This document shows, piece after piece, positions 18,488 to 27,609 of a DNA stretch of 64,000 nt. The notes below the pieces were generated by a model that had not been told where the DNA came from, did not search any database, and worked only from the letters and a program-made list of their open reading frames with translations. The stretch is from a virus: the IMG/VR virus record IMGVR_UViG_3300042544_001941; one strand, 5' to 3'. Both the position numbers and the translations under genes were made by a program. Position 1 is the first letter of the stretch; every line of letters starts with the position of its first letter.

Positions 18488-19380
18488 TGAAAAAGTTATT
18501 ATTAATTCTGTCACTAATTTTGACAACATTTGTTACAAACGCACAAATACAAAAACCCGATACATTACAACTATCACCAAAAGAACTATTTGGAGAAAGT
18601 GATGATTGGAACGATGTGGGTATATTACAATCATATGTTAATTTTTCAAAAGATGTACTTTCATCATCAAATCTTTCAATTGGTGTAATTGGTAGACAAG
18701 TATCAACTACTCTTAATTTAGGGTATCATAAATCATCTATGAATGGGCAGTGGGGACATTCATTCGCAGCATCAATAAATCCTATATGGAAGTATTATGG
18801 TGTGGGTTATGGTTTAAGTAGAAATACCGAAAAGAGAACAACTACAATACAATCATTTTATTCAACCGATTTTGATTTCCAAAAAGATATTACACTATCA
18901 TTTATAGATGTATTCAGAACTAAAAAGTGGGGAACATTTGGATATAGTTTAACAGCATCAAAATCATTTTGGGGAACTTATCAAGGTGAGTGGGAAGGAA
19001 AATATACAGTAGATGAAAATGGTGATTTTAAAGATTTAATATATCCACAAATGCCAGCATCATCTGAACTTACTTATAGAGGTATGGCGATGTACACTTA
19101 TACATTTAAAACTAAAAGAGTAAATATTTCACCTCAGTTATTTGCAATGAGTGATGTATATAAAGTATTCAAAGATGGAACTGAATCGGATTTATCATAT
19201 GTAGATGATTTCAATTTGGACTTATATTATGGTACATCTATTGATTGGAAAATAACTAAAAGATTTGTGTTAAATACTAATATTAGATATAACACAACTT
19301 GGGATAAATTAAGTGAATCAGTTGGATATAAAAAGAGTAACCCAATCCTATTTATGATAGGAACAAACTTTCAATTCTAA
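18487..19380 (+). CDS. Outer-membrane beta-barrel protein
   Basis: Signal peptide, alternating aromatic strands, C-terminal IGTNFQF BAM-type signal. Confidence 0.7.
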   Translation: MKKLLLILSLILTTFVTNAQIQKPDTLQLSPKELFGESDDWNDVGILQSYVNFSKDVLSSSNLSIGVIGRQVSTTLNLGYHKSSMNGQWGHSFAASINPIWKYYGVGYGLSRNTEKRTTTIQSFYSTDFDFQKDITLSFIDVFRTKKWGTFGYSLTASKSFWGTYQGEWEGKYTVDENGDFKDLIYPQMPASSELTYRGMAMYTYTFKTKRVNISPQLFAMSDVYKVFKDGTESDLSYVDDFNLDLYYGTSIDWKITKRFVLNTNIRYNTTWDKLSESVGYKKSNPILFMIGTNFQF

Positions 19381-19637
19381 TGAAAAAAGTATTATTACTC
19401 ACATCGTTAGTTTTAACTTTTTCATCTTGTGTTAGATATAAGATTAAAATGGTGGAATATGATGGTACAGGTTATTCATTATATCTACCGATGAAAAAAT
19501 ATGGAATGGGTAAATGGTATGACGATAATGTAATATACTATTCGGAAGAAATGGCTAGATTTAAAATTGAAAAATGGAAAAGTAATGAGTATTATTTAAA
19601 TCCTTTTAAAACTTCAAAATATATTAAAATACAATAA
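19380..19637 (+). CDS. Small lipoprotein
   Basis: MKKVLLLTSLVLTFSSC lipobox. Confidence 0.7.
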   Translation: MKKVLLLTSLVLTFSSCVRYKIKMVEYDGTGYSLYLPMKKYGMGKWYDDNVIYYSEEMARFKIEKWKSNEYYLNPFKTSKYIKIQ

Positions 19638-19979
19638 ATGAAAAAATTATTATATATATCATTGATTTTAATGGTTGGGTGTACAAAAATGGAAATAGAA
19701 CCCACTCCACCTCCTGTTGAGAAGATATTTACAGTGGGTGAGAGTACTGTTATTAATGGACAATCCATATATTTTGACCTACCGTCCTCAGGAATATATA
19801 CCCTAACGTTTGTTGACGTTCAGACAGGACAAGTTATTAGTCGGGAAAAATTTACAGGCCAATCCGGCGAAAATGTGAAGAAAATATATACCAAATCCAT
19901 AATGTCGAAGTATTTATATTTGATACTTGCTTCGGAAGACAAAACCCAAATAAGTAAGACAAAACTAACACTAAACTAA
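19638..19979 (+). CDS. Lipoprotein with Ig-like/T9SS-CTD-like domain
   Basis: LMVGC lipobox; YTLTFVDVQTGQVISRE..GENVKKIYT. Confidence 0.55.
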   Translation: MKKLLYISLILMVGCTKMEIEPTPPPVEKIFTVGESTVINGQSIYFDLPSSGIYTLTFVDVQTGQVISREKFTGQSGENVKKIYTKSIMSKYLYLILASEDKTQISKTKLTLN

Positions 19980-19980
19980 A

Positions 19981-20358
19981 ATGAAAAAACTAATCTTAAC
20001 GGTATTTGTACTATTTGCCCTTACGGGGTGTTATAAAGATGATTTACTTCTTCCTGATATTAAACAGGATTTAAAACCTGAATTACAAATTGCCAATAGC
20101 GTTGGTATTAAGTTAGAATCGGCTTTTGTAACCAAAGAAGTATCAATGAATGTAAAACTTGAGAAATCAGGTACAGTAACTTTAAAAATATTCGATATTG
20201 GAAATAAAGTAGTTTCAAAAGAAACTATAAATGTGAAAGAGGGTGATAATGTGTTAAAAATATACACATCAGCATTACCTTCTTCAGCATATAGAATTGG
20301 GTTATTTGATAACTCGGGGACTATGTTGGGTATCACAGATTTTAATAAAATAAACTAA
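19981..20358 (+). CDS. Lipoprotein with T9SS type-A CTD-like domain
   Basis: ALTGC lipobox; VTLKIFDIGNKVV..EGDNVLKIYTSALPSSAYRIGL. Confidence 0.6.
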   Translation: MKKLILTVFVLFALTGCYKDDLLLPDIKQDLKPELQIANSVGIKLESAFVTKEVSMNVKLEKSGTVTLKIFDIGNKVVSKETINVKEGDNVLKIYTSALPSSAYRIGLFDNSGTMLGITDFNKIN

Positions 20359-20378
20359 AAAATTAAAAAATAAAAATT

Positions 20379-21098
20379 ATGGCAGACAGAAACGGAGACG
20401 GAGTTGTTTATCATCGCTCGGATTGTGGTGATAACTATGTAAGATGGTATGGATTCGGAGGAGATGGACCTTGTTCGGCGTGTGATACGTGGGGATTAAC
20501 CAATAAAGCAATAAGATACATTCACGACCATCCTGAAATAAATCATAGAGTTGAAGATGTGGTAGGTAGAGAATGGGAAGAAGAAGTTATGCCGGTACTT
20601 ATTAATGTTGGAAATCAAATAGAATCTGGTGTTAAAGAGGGATATGAAGTGGTAAAAGATGGTGCTGTGATGGCATATAACTGGGCGGACGAAAACGCTT
20701 GTAATATAGCAATAACCGCAGTAATCTCTGCCGGTGTTGTTGCGGCATTTACACCAGCACAACCTGCTGGAGCGGCAACTTCAACTACGTTATCGTTGAT
20801 GGCTACGCCTGTTCTTTACGTTGCAGATGTGGCAGCTAAAATGGCAGTATCAACGGCAATGGGTGTAATAGTGGCAGATGGATTTTTATCAATACCTGGT
20901 GTTGGTGAAAACATTGACTCAGAATTATTAAGAAATGTATGTTCAAATTGTATCTATCATAGTTTAGATTCGGCGGCATTATGGGCTACCCCTGCTGGAG
21001 TTGGTATTGCAATCGGAACTGCAGTAGCACCTATTATTGCGGATTTGATATGTACTAGAACTTGTCCTAATGGATTCAGTAAAGCATTAGGTGCATAA
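20379..21098 (+). CDS. Cys-containing protein with hydrophobic Ala/Gly-rich C-terminal helices
   Basis: CSAC, CSNC and CTRTC motifs; hydrophobic tail. Confidence 0.65.
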   Translation: MADRNGDGVVYHRSDCGDNYVRWYGFGGDGPCSACDTWGLTNKAIRYIHDHPEINHRVEDVVGREWEEEVMPVLINVGNQIESGVKEGYEVVKDGAVMAYNWADENACNIAITAVISAGVVAAFTPAQPAGAATSTTLSLMATPVLYVADVAAKMAVSTAMGVIVADGFLSIPGVGENIDSELLRNVCSNCIYHSLDSAALWATPAGVGIAIGTAVAPIIADLICTRTCPNGFSKALGA

Positions 21099-21137
21099 TG
21101 TTAATAAAATAAAATAAAAAATTAAAAAACAAATACA

Positions 21138-21458
21138 ATGTCAGAAGAAGTAGAACAAAACAACGATGGTACTTGGTCAGGTCTTAAAAAGACCATTATT
21201 GGTGTTGCAACAACTGCGGTAATGGGTCTAGGGACTTGGGGAGTAACACAAATAACAGGTGGTGGAGATGAACCCGCACCTGTACAACAAGCTGCACCTG
21301 TAATTAATATTACAAACTCAAACCAACAAGCTCAACAGGCTTCAGGTGGTGGAGGTAAAACTGTTATTATTAAAGAAAAAGAAACCGTTAAAGAACCTGC
21401 AAAACCGGTTAAGAAAAAAGAAGGTGATGAATTTAAAGAGGAAGCACCAAAATGGTAA
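21138..21458 (+). CDS. Single-TM membrane protein
   Basis: TIIGVATTAVMGLGTWGV segment, low-complexity tail. Confidence 0.7.
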   Translation: MSEEVEQNNDGTWSGLKKTIIGVATTAVMGLGTWGVTQITGGGDEPAPVQQAAPVINITNSNQQAQQASGGGGKTVIIKEKETVKEPAKPVKKKEGDEFKEEAPKW

Positions 21459-21464
21459 TTTAAT

Positions 21465-22070
21465 ATGAAAGAAGAACAATCAGGTGGATTTAAAGAATTA
21501 TTGAGTAATATGATGAAACGTAGGTGGTTTATCACCGCTATCGTTTTAGGTGGGTTTATGATAATCATTATGGGGATATTTGGGGCCATTCTAAATAAAT
21601 CCGCAATAGAAGGTGAGTGGAAAGAACTTTTACTTTTATTATTGGGAGCCTTCATTGGTTCTTATGGTAAAATCATTGACTATTGGTTTAGTGATACTGA
21701 TAAGGATAAGATGTTGGTTCAAAAAATGGACGAGGAAGATGGTACATCATTAAGTAATACTGCCGATATGCCAAACAATCCAATTGTACCAATGTCAACT
21801 GCACCATTAGTATTATCAGAATCAACCTCACAAGAAACAGTACAAGTGGTTGAAGCACCAAAAGAAGAAAAGAAAGGTGTTGAAATCGATGAAGATGGTG
21901 ATGGTGTAATGGATGGTTTAGATTTCGATGGCGATGGTAAAATTGACGAATACTTCGCACACAGACAATGTGAACACGTTTGGGGTGACTTAGACGGAGA
22001 CGGAACTGAGGAGTGTTTAAAATGTGGAAAAATTAGAGATGACTACGCTGAAATGACAATGGAAGGATAA
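21465..22070 (+). CDS. Two-TM protein with DxDGDG Ca-binding loops and CxH/CxxC finger
   Basis: DEDGDGVMD, DFDGDGKID, DLDGDGTEE; CEH..CLKC. Confidence 0.7.
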   Translation: MKEEQSGGFKELLSNMMKRRWFITAIVLGGFMIIIMGIFGAILNKSAIEGEWKELLLLLLGAFIGSYGKIIDYWFSDTDKDKMLVQKMDEEDGTSLSNTADMPNNPIVPMSTAPLVLSESTSQETVQVVEAPKEEKKGVEIDEDGDGVMDGLDFDGDGKIDEYFAHRQCEHVWGDLDGDGTEECLKCGKIRDDYAEMTMEG

Positions 22071-22105
22071 AATAAATAATAAACAAAAGACAAAAAAACA
22101 AAACT

Positions 22106-22381
22106 ATGGGATTTCTTAAAGAACTTTTTAAAGACAACAATGACATCAACGAAAAATCAGTAGTTGGATTCTTATCATTCATAATGATGGTAATTGCATT
22201 AATCGTCGACTTGGTAACAGGTTGGATGGGTAAGGAATTATTAATCAATGAATATATTTTCAACGGATTTTTAGTAATTACTTTAGGTGCATTTGGTATT
22301 GCATCGGTTGACAAATATATCAATAGAAAAGCTGAACACGACAAAAATAAATTAGATTCTGAAACAGAATCTGAAGGATAA
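22106..22381 (+). CDS. Two-TM small membrane protein (holin-like)
   Basis: Two hydrophobic helices, charged C-terminus. Confidence 0.6.
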   Translation: MGFLKELFKDNNDINEKSVVGFLSFIMMVIALIVDLVTGWMGKELLINEYIFNGFLVITLGAFGIASVDKYINRKAEHDKNKLDSETESEG

Positions 22382-22408
22382 TAGGGCATTGACAAAAAAA
22401 CTAAATTT

Positions 22409-22633
22409 ATGACAACAATTTTAAAAAAAATTGAGGAGAAAATAGTGCAAGGTTTCTTAGCACTTGGCCTCATCTGGGTTACATTAGCATTAACAGTACA
22501 AGTATTCTTTATTTACTTACAATTTTCAGGACAAGAAGAAAGAGCAGGTGAAATATCAAGAAAAGTAAGTTGGAAAATTGATGGTAATTTTAAAAACAAC
22601 CCTGATAACATATGGTATGAAGGACCAAAATAA
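22409..22633 (+). CDS. Small single-TM protein
   Basis: GFLALGLIWVTLALTVQVFFIYL. Confidence 0.65.
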   Translation: MTTILKKIEEKIVQGFLALGLIWVTLALTVQVFFIYLQFSGQEERAGEISRKVSWKIDGNFKNNPDNIWYEGPK

Positions 22634-22636
22634 AAA

Positions 22637-23359
22637 ATGATGAAAAAAATATTTTTACTTTTAGGTATTATACTTGTTAGTATAACCTCATTTGGACAAA
22701 CAGTTGGTAAAACTCAAACGGAGCAATATAAAGCATCTTTTGAGACTGCAATAGACATTTCACAATTCTTGGATTATGATGGAAAACAAATCCCAATTCA
22801 AATCCTAAAGGCCGGTATCTCTGACGAGATGTATGAGATGTATCCTGAGTTAAAGGAGAAAAGAGTTGGGTTAGGTGTTGCAAACATCACTATGGAATAT
22901 TTGGAAAATCTTAATCGTTTCAAATTTACTGAAGACAAGACGGAGATAAAAAACAGAATGGTAAAACAATTCCAAGCATCTCAAGCTGGTATTTCTGAAA
23001 ACAAATTGGATGGTAGGGGTAAAATTAATTTGGCCGAATATTTTGTAACCGTTGAATGTTATGATTATTCGGTATCAGAAGATGAAACAGTTAACTTAAA
23101 AGATGGGGTAAAAAATTTAATGGTTACTCGTATCGGTCTGCAAGTTCGTTTTACAAACGCAGAAACCGGTGTAGTTTTTGGAGCATCAGGATTAGGTGAG
23201 GCTAAAACAACAAGAGAATTAACTCTTTTATCAGATGCAACAGTTGACCCTGTAAAATTCAACCAATCCACAATATCAATATCAACCAAAAAAGCATTAG
23301 ATATCGCTTGTGCTAGAATTTTAGATAGAATGATTAAAAAGGGTATTTTTGAGAAGTAA
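22637..23359 (+). CDS. CsgG/HfaB-family-like envelope protein
   Basis: Signal peptide; NLNRFKFTED, AEYFVTVECYDY, RIGLQVRFTNAETG pattern of the CsgG fold. Confidence 0.65.
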   Translation: MMKKIFLLLGIILVSITSFGQTVGKTQTEQYKASFETAIDISQFLDYDGKQIPIQILKAGISDEMYEMYPELKEKRVGLGVANITMEYLENLNRFKFTEDKTEIKNRMVKQFQASQAGISENKLDGRGKINLAEYFVTVECYDYSVSEDETVNLKDGVKNLMVTRIGLQVRFTNAETGVVFGASGLGEAKTTRELTLLSDATVDPVKFNQSTISISTKKALDIACARILDRMIKKGIFEK

Positions 23360-23386
23360 CTTAAAAAAACATATATTTTAAAATGA

Positions 23387-23410
23387 AGGGGTTTAAACAC
23401 CCCTTTTTTT
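23387..23410 (+). terminator. Intrinsic terminator
   Basis: aagggg-loop-cccctttttttt. Confidence 0.7.
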
Positions 23411-23423
23411 ATATTTATAAGAT

Positions 23424-23603
23424 ATGAAAAAGTTTTATAGAGTTAGGGACAATAAAGTGTTTTTTGGGGTTTGTGAGGGATTAGGTCATCATACTAACGT
23501 TGACCCGTTAATTTGGAGACTTTTATTCTTCTTTTTAATTTTTACCCCTGCACCAATAATAACAGGTTATTTATTAACCGCAATTTTAACTAAAAGCATA
23601 TGA
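23424..23603 (+). CDS. pspC: PspC domain protein (not in ORF track)
   Basis: MKKFYRVRDNKVFFGVCEGLGHHTNVDPLIWRLLFFFL...GYLL matches the PspC pattern; TATTTATA 4 nt upstream. Confidence 0.8.
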   Translation: MKKFYRVRDNKVFFGVCEGLGHHTNVDPLIWRLLFFFLIFTPAPIITGYLLTAILTKSI

Positions 23604-24448
23604 GAAAAAATTCATTAATCACAGGTTTAGTAATTTTATTACTATCTATGACAACATCGTCATTTTCACAAGTTAGTAATTGGAGAAGTAATCCACCTAC
23701 ACCTCAAAGGTCTACACCATCAATACAACCATCCGCTCCACAAAGAAACGATGTTAGTAATTGGAGGAGTCAACCACCATCAAGAGGGTATGATAGACCT
23801 ATAAGAACAAGACCCGGTTCAAACATAATCGTTAGAGACCCGTGGTTTGGTGGATTAGGGTGGGGATGGAATAGATGGGATATGTGGGGAGCACCTGCAT
23901 TTGGTTGGAACTTTTGGCAACCGTCTTGGTATTGGAATGATTGGGGATATAGACAACCACAAAGAATTTATATTTACGAAGATGGTAAGAGAGATACAAT
24001 TAGAGGTAAAAAGCCGGTAATTAGTTTTGGTATTCAAAGAACAACCGATAAACAATTGGGCGGATTCTTTACCATCGGTAATAAGGGATATTTTATAATG
24101 GAATATAATTCAAGCGTAGAGAGAGATAATTCAACATTCTTTCCATTTGGTAATATAACCCAAGTAGACTTTCCAATGGTCAGTGATTTAGTTCAAAGAA
24201 ATAGTTTCTATATCGGAGCCGGTAAAAGAATAAAGAGAACCGGTGTTCACTTTATGATTGGTACTGTTTCCGAAGATGTAAAATGGAGAGGTAGAGATGA
24301 TTTGGGATATATTACTTTTCCAAAGTATTTGGATAGATTCACCACTATAAAAGTGGGTGCATTACACGATTTCAAAAACTTAACAATAAAGTTTGATTAC
24401 GACCCTGTAATCAATAATAAAACCTTTGGATTAGGTGTAAATTTTTAA
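23600..24448 (+). CDS. Outer-membrane beta-barrel protein with Pro/Trp-rich N-terminal region
   Basis: Signal peptide; duplicated VSNWRS; C-terminal FGLGVNF. Confidence 0.7.
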   Translation: MRKNSLITGLVILLLSMTTSSFSQVSNWRSNPPTPQRSTPSIQPSAPQRNDVSNWRSQPPSRGYDRPIRTRPGSNIIVRDPWFGGLGWGWNRWDMWGAPAFGWNFWQPSWYWNDWGYRQPQRIYIYEDGKRDTIRGKKPVISFGIQRTTDKQLGGFFTIGNKGYFIMEYNSSVERDNSTFFPFGNITQVDFPMVSDLVQRNSFYIGAGKRIKRTGVHFMIGTVSEDVKWRGRDDLGYITFPKYLDRFTTIKVGALHDFKNLTIKFDYDPVINNKTFGLGVNF

Positions 24449-24451
24449 AAT

Positions 24452-25198
24452 ATGTTAGATTTTGATTTAAAAGTTTATGAAATGAGGGATGTTCTAACAA
24501 CTGATGAATATAACGAGTTGTCAGAATTGGTTGCGGATTTTAAAATTGATTTGAATAAAATAAATTCATCTTTAGGTTTTTTACAATGGTCTAAAAAAAT
24601 CCAAGATACAATGAAAAGTAAACATCCTGAGGAATTTGAAAGAATGAAATCAACCAATCTTTTAAATTATGAGGATTATATGTTATTGTCGGTAATTAAT
24701 GACGAAGTTGGGTTGAATGTGAATGATAAAAATCTTTTTCATACTGATTATGATTATTTTAATTTTTTATTGACTCACAGAGATGATGAATTAATGAATA
24801 CTAGAATTGTTAAATTATATGACAAAGCGTTTAGATTTATACTAACCGATTTATTTAAAAAGGAAGTGATACATAAAGATGTCTTATTCGGTCATTTTAA
24901 TGTGTATCCTAAAAATTCTTTTATTGTAAATCACACGGATGGACCAACCGCAAGTAACAGATATTTTACTATTCTATTTTTCTTAAATAAAGGTAGAACA
25001 TATGAAGATGGCTCAATATTAAAAGTACATAAAGAAAATGAAACAGTTGAATTTATTCCTGATTTCAATAAAATAATTTTATTAGACCATATGAAATACA
25101 ATTATTATCACGAAGTAACTAAAAATAATTCTGATAATGTTCGTTATTCATTATACACACCATTTAGTATTGACGACTATAATAATCGATTACAATAA
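24452..25198 (+). CDS. 2OG-Fe(II) oxygenase (prolyl-hydroxylase-like)
   Basis: HTD...YYHEV...VRYS facial triad and 2OG-binding Arg. Confidence 0.8.
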   Translation: MLDFDLKVYEMRDVLTTDEYNELSELVADFKIDLNKINSSLGFLQWSKKIQDTMKSKHPEEFERMKSTNLLNYEDYMLLSVINDEVGLNVNDKNLFHTDYDYFNFLLTHRDDELMNTRIVKLYDKAFRFILTDLFKKEVIHKDVLFGHFNVYPKNSFIVNHTDGPTASNRYFTILFFLNKGRTYEDGSILKVHKENETVEFIPDFNKIILLDHMKYNYYHEVTKNNSDNVRYSLYTPFSIDDYNNRLQ

Positions 25199-25219
25199 GA
25201 ATAATAATAATAATAATAA

Positions 25220-26659
25220 TTGAAAAAGATAACCCTATTAATTTTATTTGTGACACTAACATCAATTAAACTCCTTGGTCAGACCTACACCCAAAGTTTT
25301 GTTGATAAATGTACCGGTGAAAAAAAGATAGCCACCACAACTATGATTAATGGGTATGCGACCGTATCTTTTTATAATCAAATAAGAACATTCACACCTT
25401 TAGAAGTTCAAACAGGAGTTGTACAGGGTTGGTTATTATCAACAAAAACTACATATGAATCATTAACCTGTCCCGTTATAAATAATCCTATAGTACAACA
25501 AGCAGTAACAAACGCAGCTGCGGCAACTGCAACCGCAGCCGCCGCGTCCGCAGCATCATCAGCCGCAAGTTCTGCGGCGTCATCATCGGCAAGTGCTGCG
25601 GCAAGTAGTTCTGCAAGTTCAGCGGCTGCAAGTTCAGCAGCATCAACACCTCCACCAACACCACCAACACAAAGTAGCTCAACTCCACCACCCGCTAGTG
25701 GTAGTTCATCACAAAGTGGAGGTAGTTCTTCATCATCTTCATCACAAAGCTCGGGTAATTCATCTGAAAGTAAGACGGAAACAAAAACCGAAACTAAATC
25801 AGAAACAAAGAGTGAAACTAAATCCGAATCTAAATCAGAATCTAAATCTGAAAGTAAGAGTGAAGAGAAGAAGGAAGAATCTAAATCAGAATCGAAAGAA
25901 GAAAAAAAGGAAGAAAGTAAATCAGAAGAGAAAAAAGAAGAAAAGAAAGAGGAAAAGAAGGAAGAGAAAAAAGAAGAAAAGAAGAAAGAAAAGGCTGCAG
26001 TATCTAATCCAATGTTACTTTCTTCAGATTTATCAACAATAGAATCTCCCGATGGTAGATGGTTACAATCTGCAACAATCGGAGTGTCTAAATCTTCATT
26101 GATGGGTGATAAAAGTTATTCGGCGAATACGGTGATTATGAGTGATTTAAAAACATTCATTGTAAGTGGTGGATATACTAAGATGGATTTTTCAAACGGT
26201 AAATTAAACGCGATACATTCTTATTCAAGTGCGTTTGCATATTTGAATGGGAACTATATGAACTTATTAGGATACACGTGGATTAAACCAACACAAAAGA
26301 AAGGTGTATTTGGTTACAATTTAGGTCTTATTAATTTATTATTGAAAGATGAACAGAATAAAAAGTTTAACCATAATATGTCAACATCAGTTGTAGCGTT
26401 TTGGACAAAACCATTTCAATATAGTAGAAAATTAACGATATCTCCACAGGTGTTCACAATGTTTGCACCTATATCATATAATAGCGCCGCACAAGTAACC
26501 ACAGTTAATAGACATATGGGATTTCTATTAGGTTCTTCTTTTGATTATAAGATAAGTAAAAGATTCGGTCTTAGTGTGAATTATAAATTAAGTGGTAACA
26601 CTGCACCGGGTTCTCCGTTCTTAAGTAATTTCTTGGTTGGTAGTAGAATGATTTTATAA
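25220..26659 (+). CDS. Secreted protein: N-domain, long Ala/Ser-Pro-Glu/Lys linker, C-terminal beta-barrel
   Basis: TTG start, signal peptide, low-complexity tracts, aromatic beta-strands. Confidence 0.7.
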   Translation: MKKITLLILFVTLTSIKLLGQTYTQSFVDKCTGEKKIATTTMINGYATVSFYNQIRTFTPLEVQTGVVQGWLLSTKTTYESLTCPVINNPIVQQAVTNAAAATATAAAASAASSAASSAASSSASAAASSSASSAAASSAASTPPPTPPTQSSSTPPPASGSSSQSGGSSSSSSSQSSGNSSESKTETKTETKSETKSETKSESKSESKSESKSEEKKEESKSESKEEKKEESKSEEKKEEKKEEKKEEKKEEKKKEKAAVSNPMLLSSDLSTIESPDGRWLQSATIGVSKSSLMGDKSYSANTVIMSDLKTFIVSGGYTKMDFSNGKLNAIHSYSSAFAYLNGNYMNLLGYTWIKPTQKKGVFGYNLGLINLLLKDEQNKKFNHNMSTSVVAFWTKPFQYSRKLTISPQVFTMFAPISYNSAAQVTTVNRHMGFLLGSSFDYKISKRFGLSVNYKLSGNTAPGSPFLSNFLVGSRMIL

Positions 26660-26730
26660 AAAAACCCCCAATGTAGAAACATCAGGGGTTCATTGACAAA
26701 AAAACTAAACGTATCTCTTAACGATACTAA
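26660..26730 (-). ncRNA. Putative antisense sRNA 'D' ending in terminator
   Basis: Complementary to 14004-14040, 22387-22405 and 22089-22104; ends in aacccc..ggggg-T-run hairpin. Confidence 0.5.
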
Positions 26731-26750
26731 TAAAATCTATACTATTATTT

Positions 26751-27098
26751 TCAAATAGTCAAGTCCTTATGTAATTTTATTATTTTTGAACAAACTTCAT
26801 AATCTTCAACCTGTTCAAAATACGGCATTACATCCCTAAGTAGGGTTTCCTTATCGTCTTTAGAAAAGGTGAAATCGGTGTCCCATTCCAATCCTCTAAT
26901 TTTTGCAACAACGGATAAGGTCAATTTCTTTTTTCTTGTGGTTCGTAATAATTCGAATAAATCTAAAATGTTTTTGTAAATGACTTCTTTATTACCGTCG
27001 TAAAAATCGGTGAAATCATTAAAACTACCCTCAATGTTTAATACAATGTCGGGTTGAGTACTTCTTTTTCTCGTAGGTTTGGGTGCGTAGTTTGACAT
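26751..27098 (-). CDS. Hypothetical protein with UVR-like C-terminus
   Basis: FEQVEDYEVCSKI. Confidence 0.65.
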   Translation of the reverse strand: MSNYAPKPTRKRSTQPDIVLNIEGSFNDFTDFYDGNKEVIYKNILDLFELLRTTRKKKLTLSVVAKIRGLEWDTDFTFSKDDKETLLRDVMPYFEQVEDYEVCSKIIKLHKDLTI

Positions 27099-27160
27099 TT
27101 AAAATAGTGTTTGGTTAGAAGTACAAAATAAATAAAAATTTGGAATATAAAAAAATATTT

Positions 27161-27313
27161 TTATTTTTTGTTAACAACTATTTCTTCCAAATAATCTATC
27201 TGTTTTTTCAGAGAATACACCTCTTTTCTATAATGCTCCACCACGAAATACAAAGAAATGAGCATCAATAAATTTATAACAAATAGTATTGTGTTGTTTC
27301 GTTTTTGATTCAT
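27161..27313 (-). CDS. 50-aa TM + coiled-coil protein (not in ORF track)
   Basis: MNQKRNNTILFVINLLMLISLYFVVEHYRKEVYSLKKQIDYLEEIVVNKK*. Confidence 0.55.
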   Translation of the reverse strand: MNQKRNNTILFVINLLMLISLYFVVEHYRKEVYSLKKQIDYLEEIVVNKK

Positions 27314-27374
27314 AAAATAAATTAGGTTACGATTAAAAAAGAAGGGAGGAGGGATTAAACCCTCCCCTCCAAAC

Positions 27375-27560
27375 TTATTTTACTTCAGTTGAAGTGCTGT
27401 CAGTTGGAATCTGACTGGTTGTTGAATCATTTGCTGTTACAGCAGTTGTGTCAACTTGAGCTGCCGTTGAGTCAGTTGTTTCAGTTGTGGTTGACCCGTT
27501 ACCACAGGCAGTTAATGCCAATGAGGCAAAAATACCAAAGATTAATATATATTTTTTCAT
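27375..27560 (-). CDS. Small Thr/Ser/Asp-rich lipoprotein
   Basis: ALTAC lipobox; repeated D-S/T-T. Confidence 0.8.
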   Translation of the reverse strand: MKKYILIFGIFASLALTACGNGSTTTETTDSTAAQVDTTAVTANDSTTSQIPTDSTSTEVK

Positions 27561-27609
27561 ACTATTGTAAATATACGTAATTTTATCGATAAAACAAAAT
27601 ATTTGAAAA

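Noticed and set aside
25488-26042. Alternative-frame ORFs in the low-complexity tract, and other short antisense ORFs (e.g. 41411-41878, 38569-39000, 32096-32410)
   Set aside because: Explained by codon bias and low complexity of the real overlapping genes
14004-26728. attL/attR reading of the repeats flanking the envelope operon
   Set aside because: The repeat is imperfect, extra copies sit at internal start regions and no recombinase is present; disfavoured but not excluded
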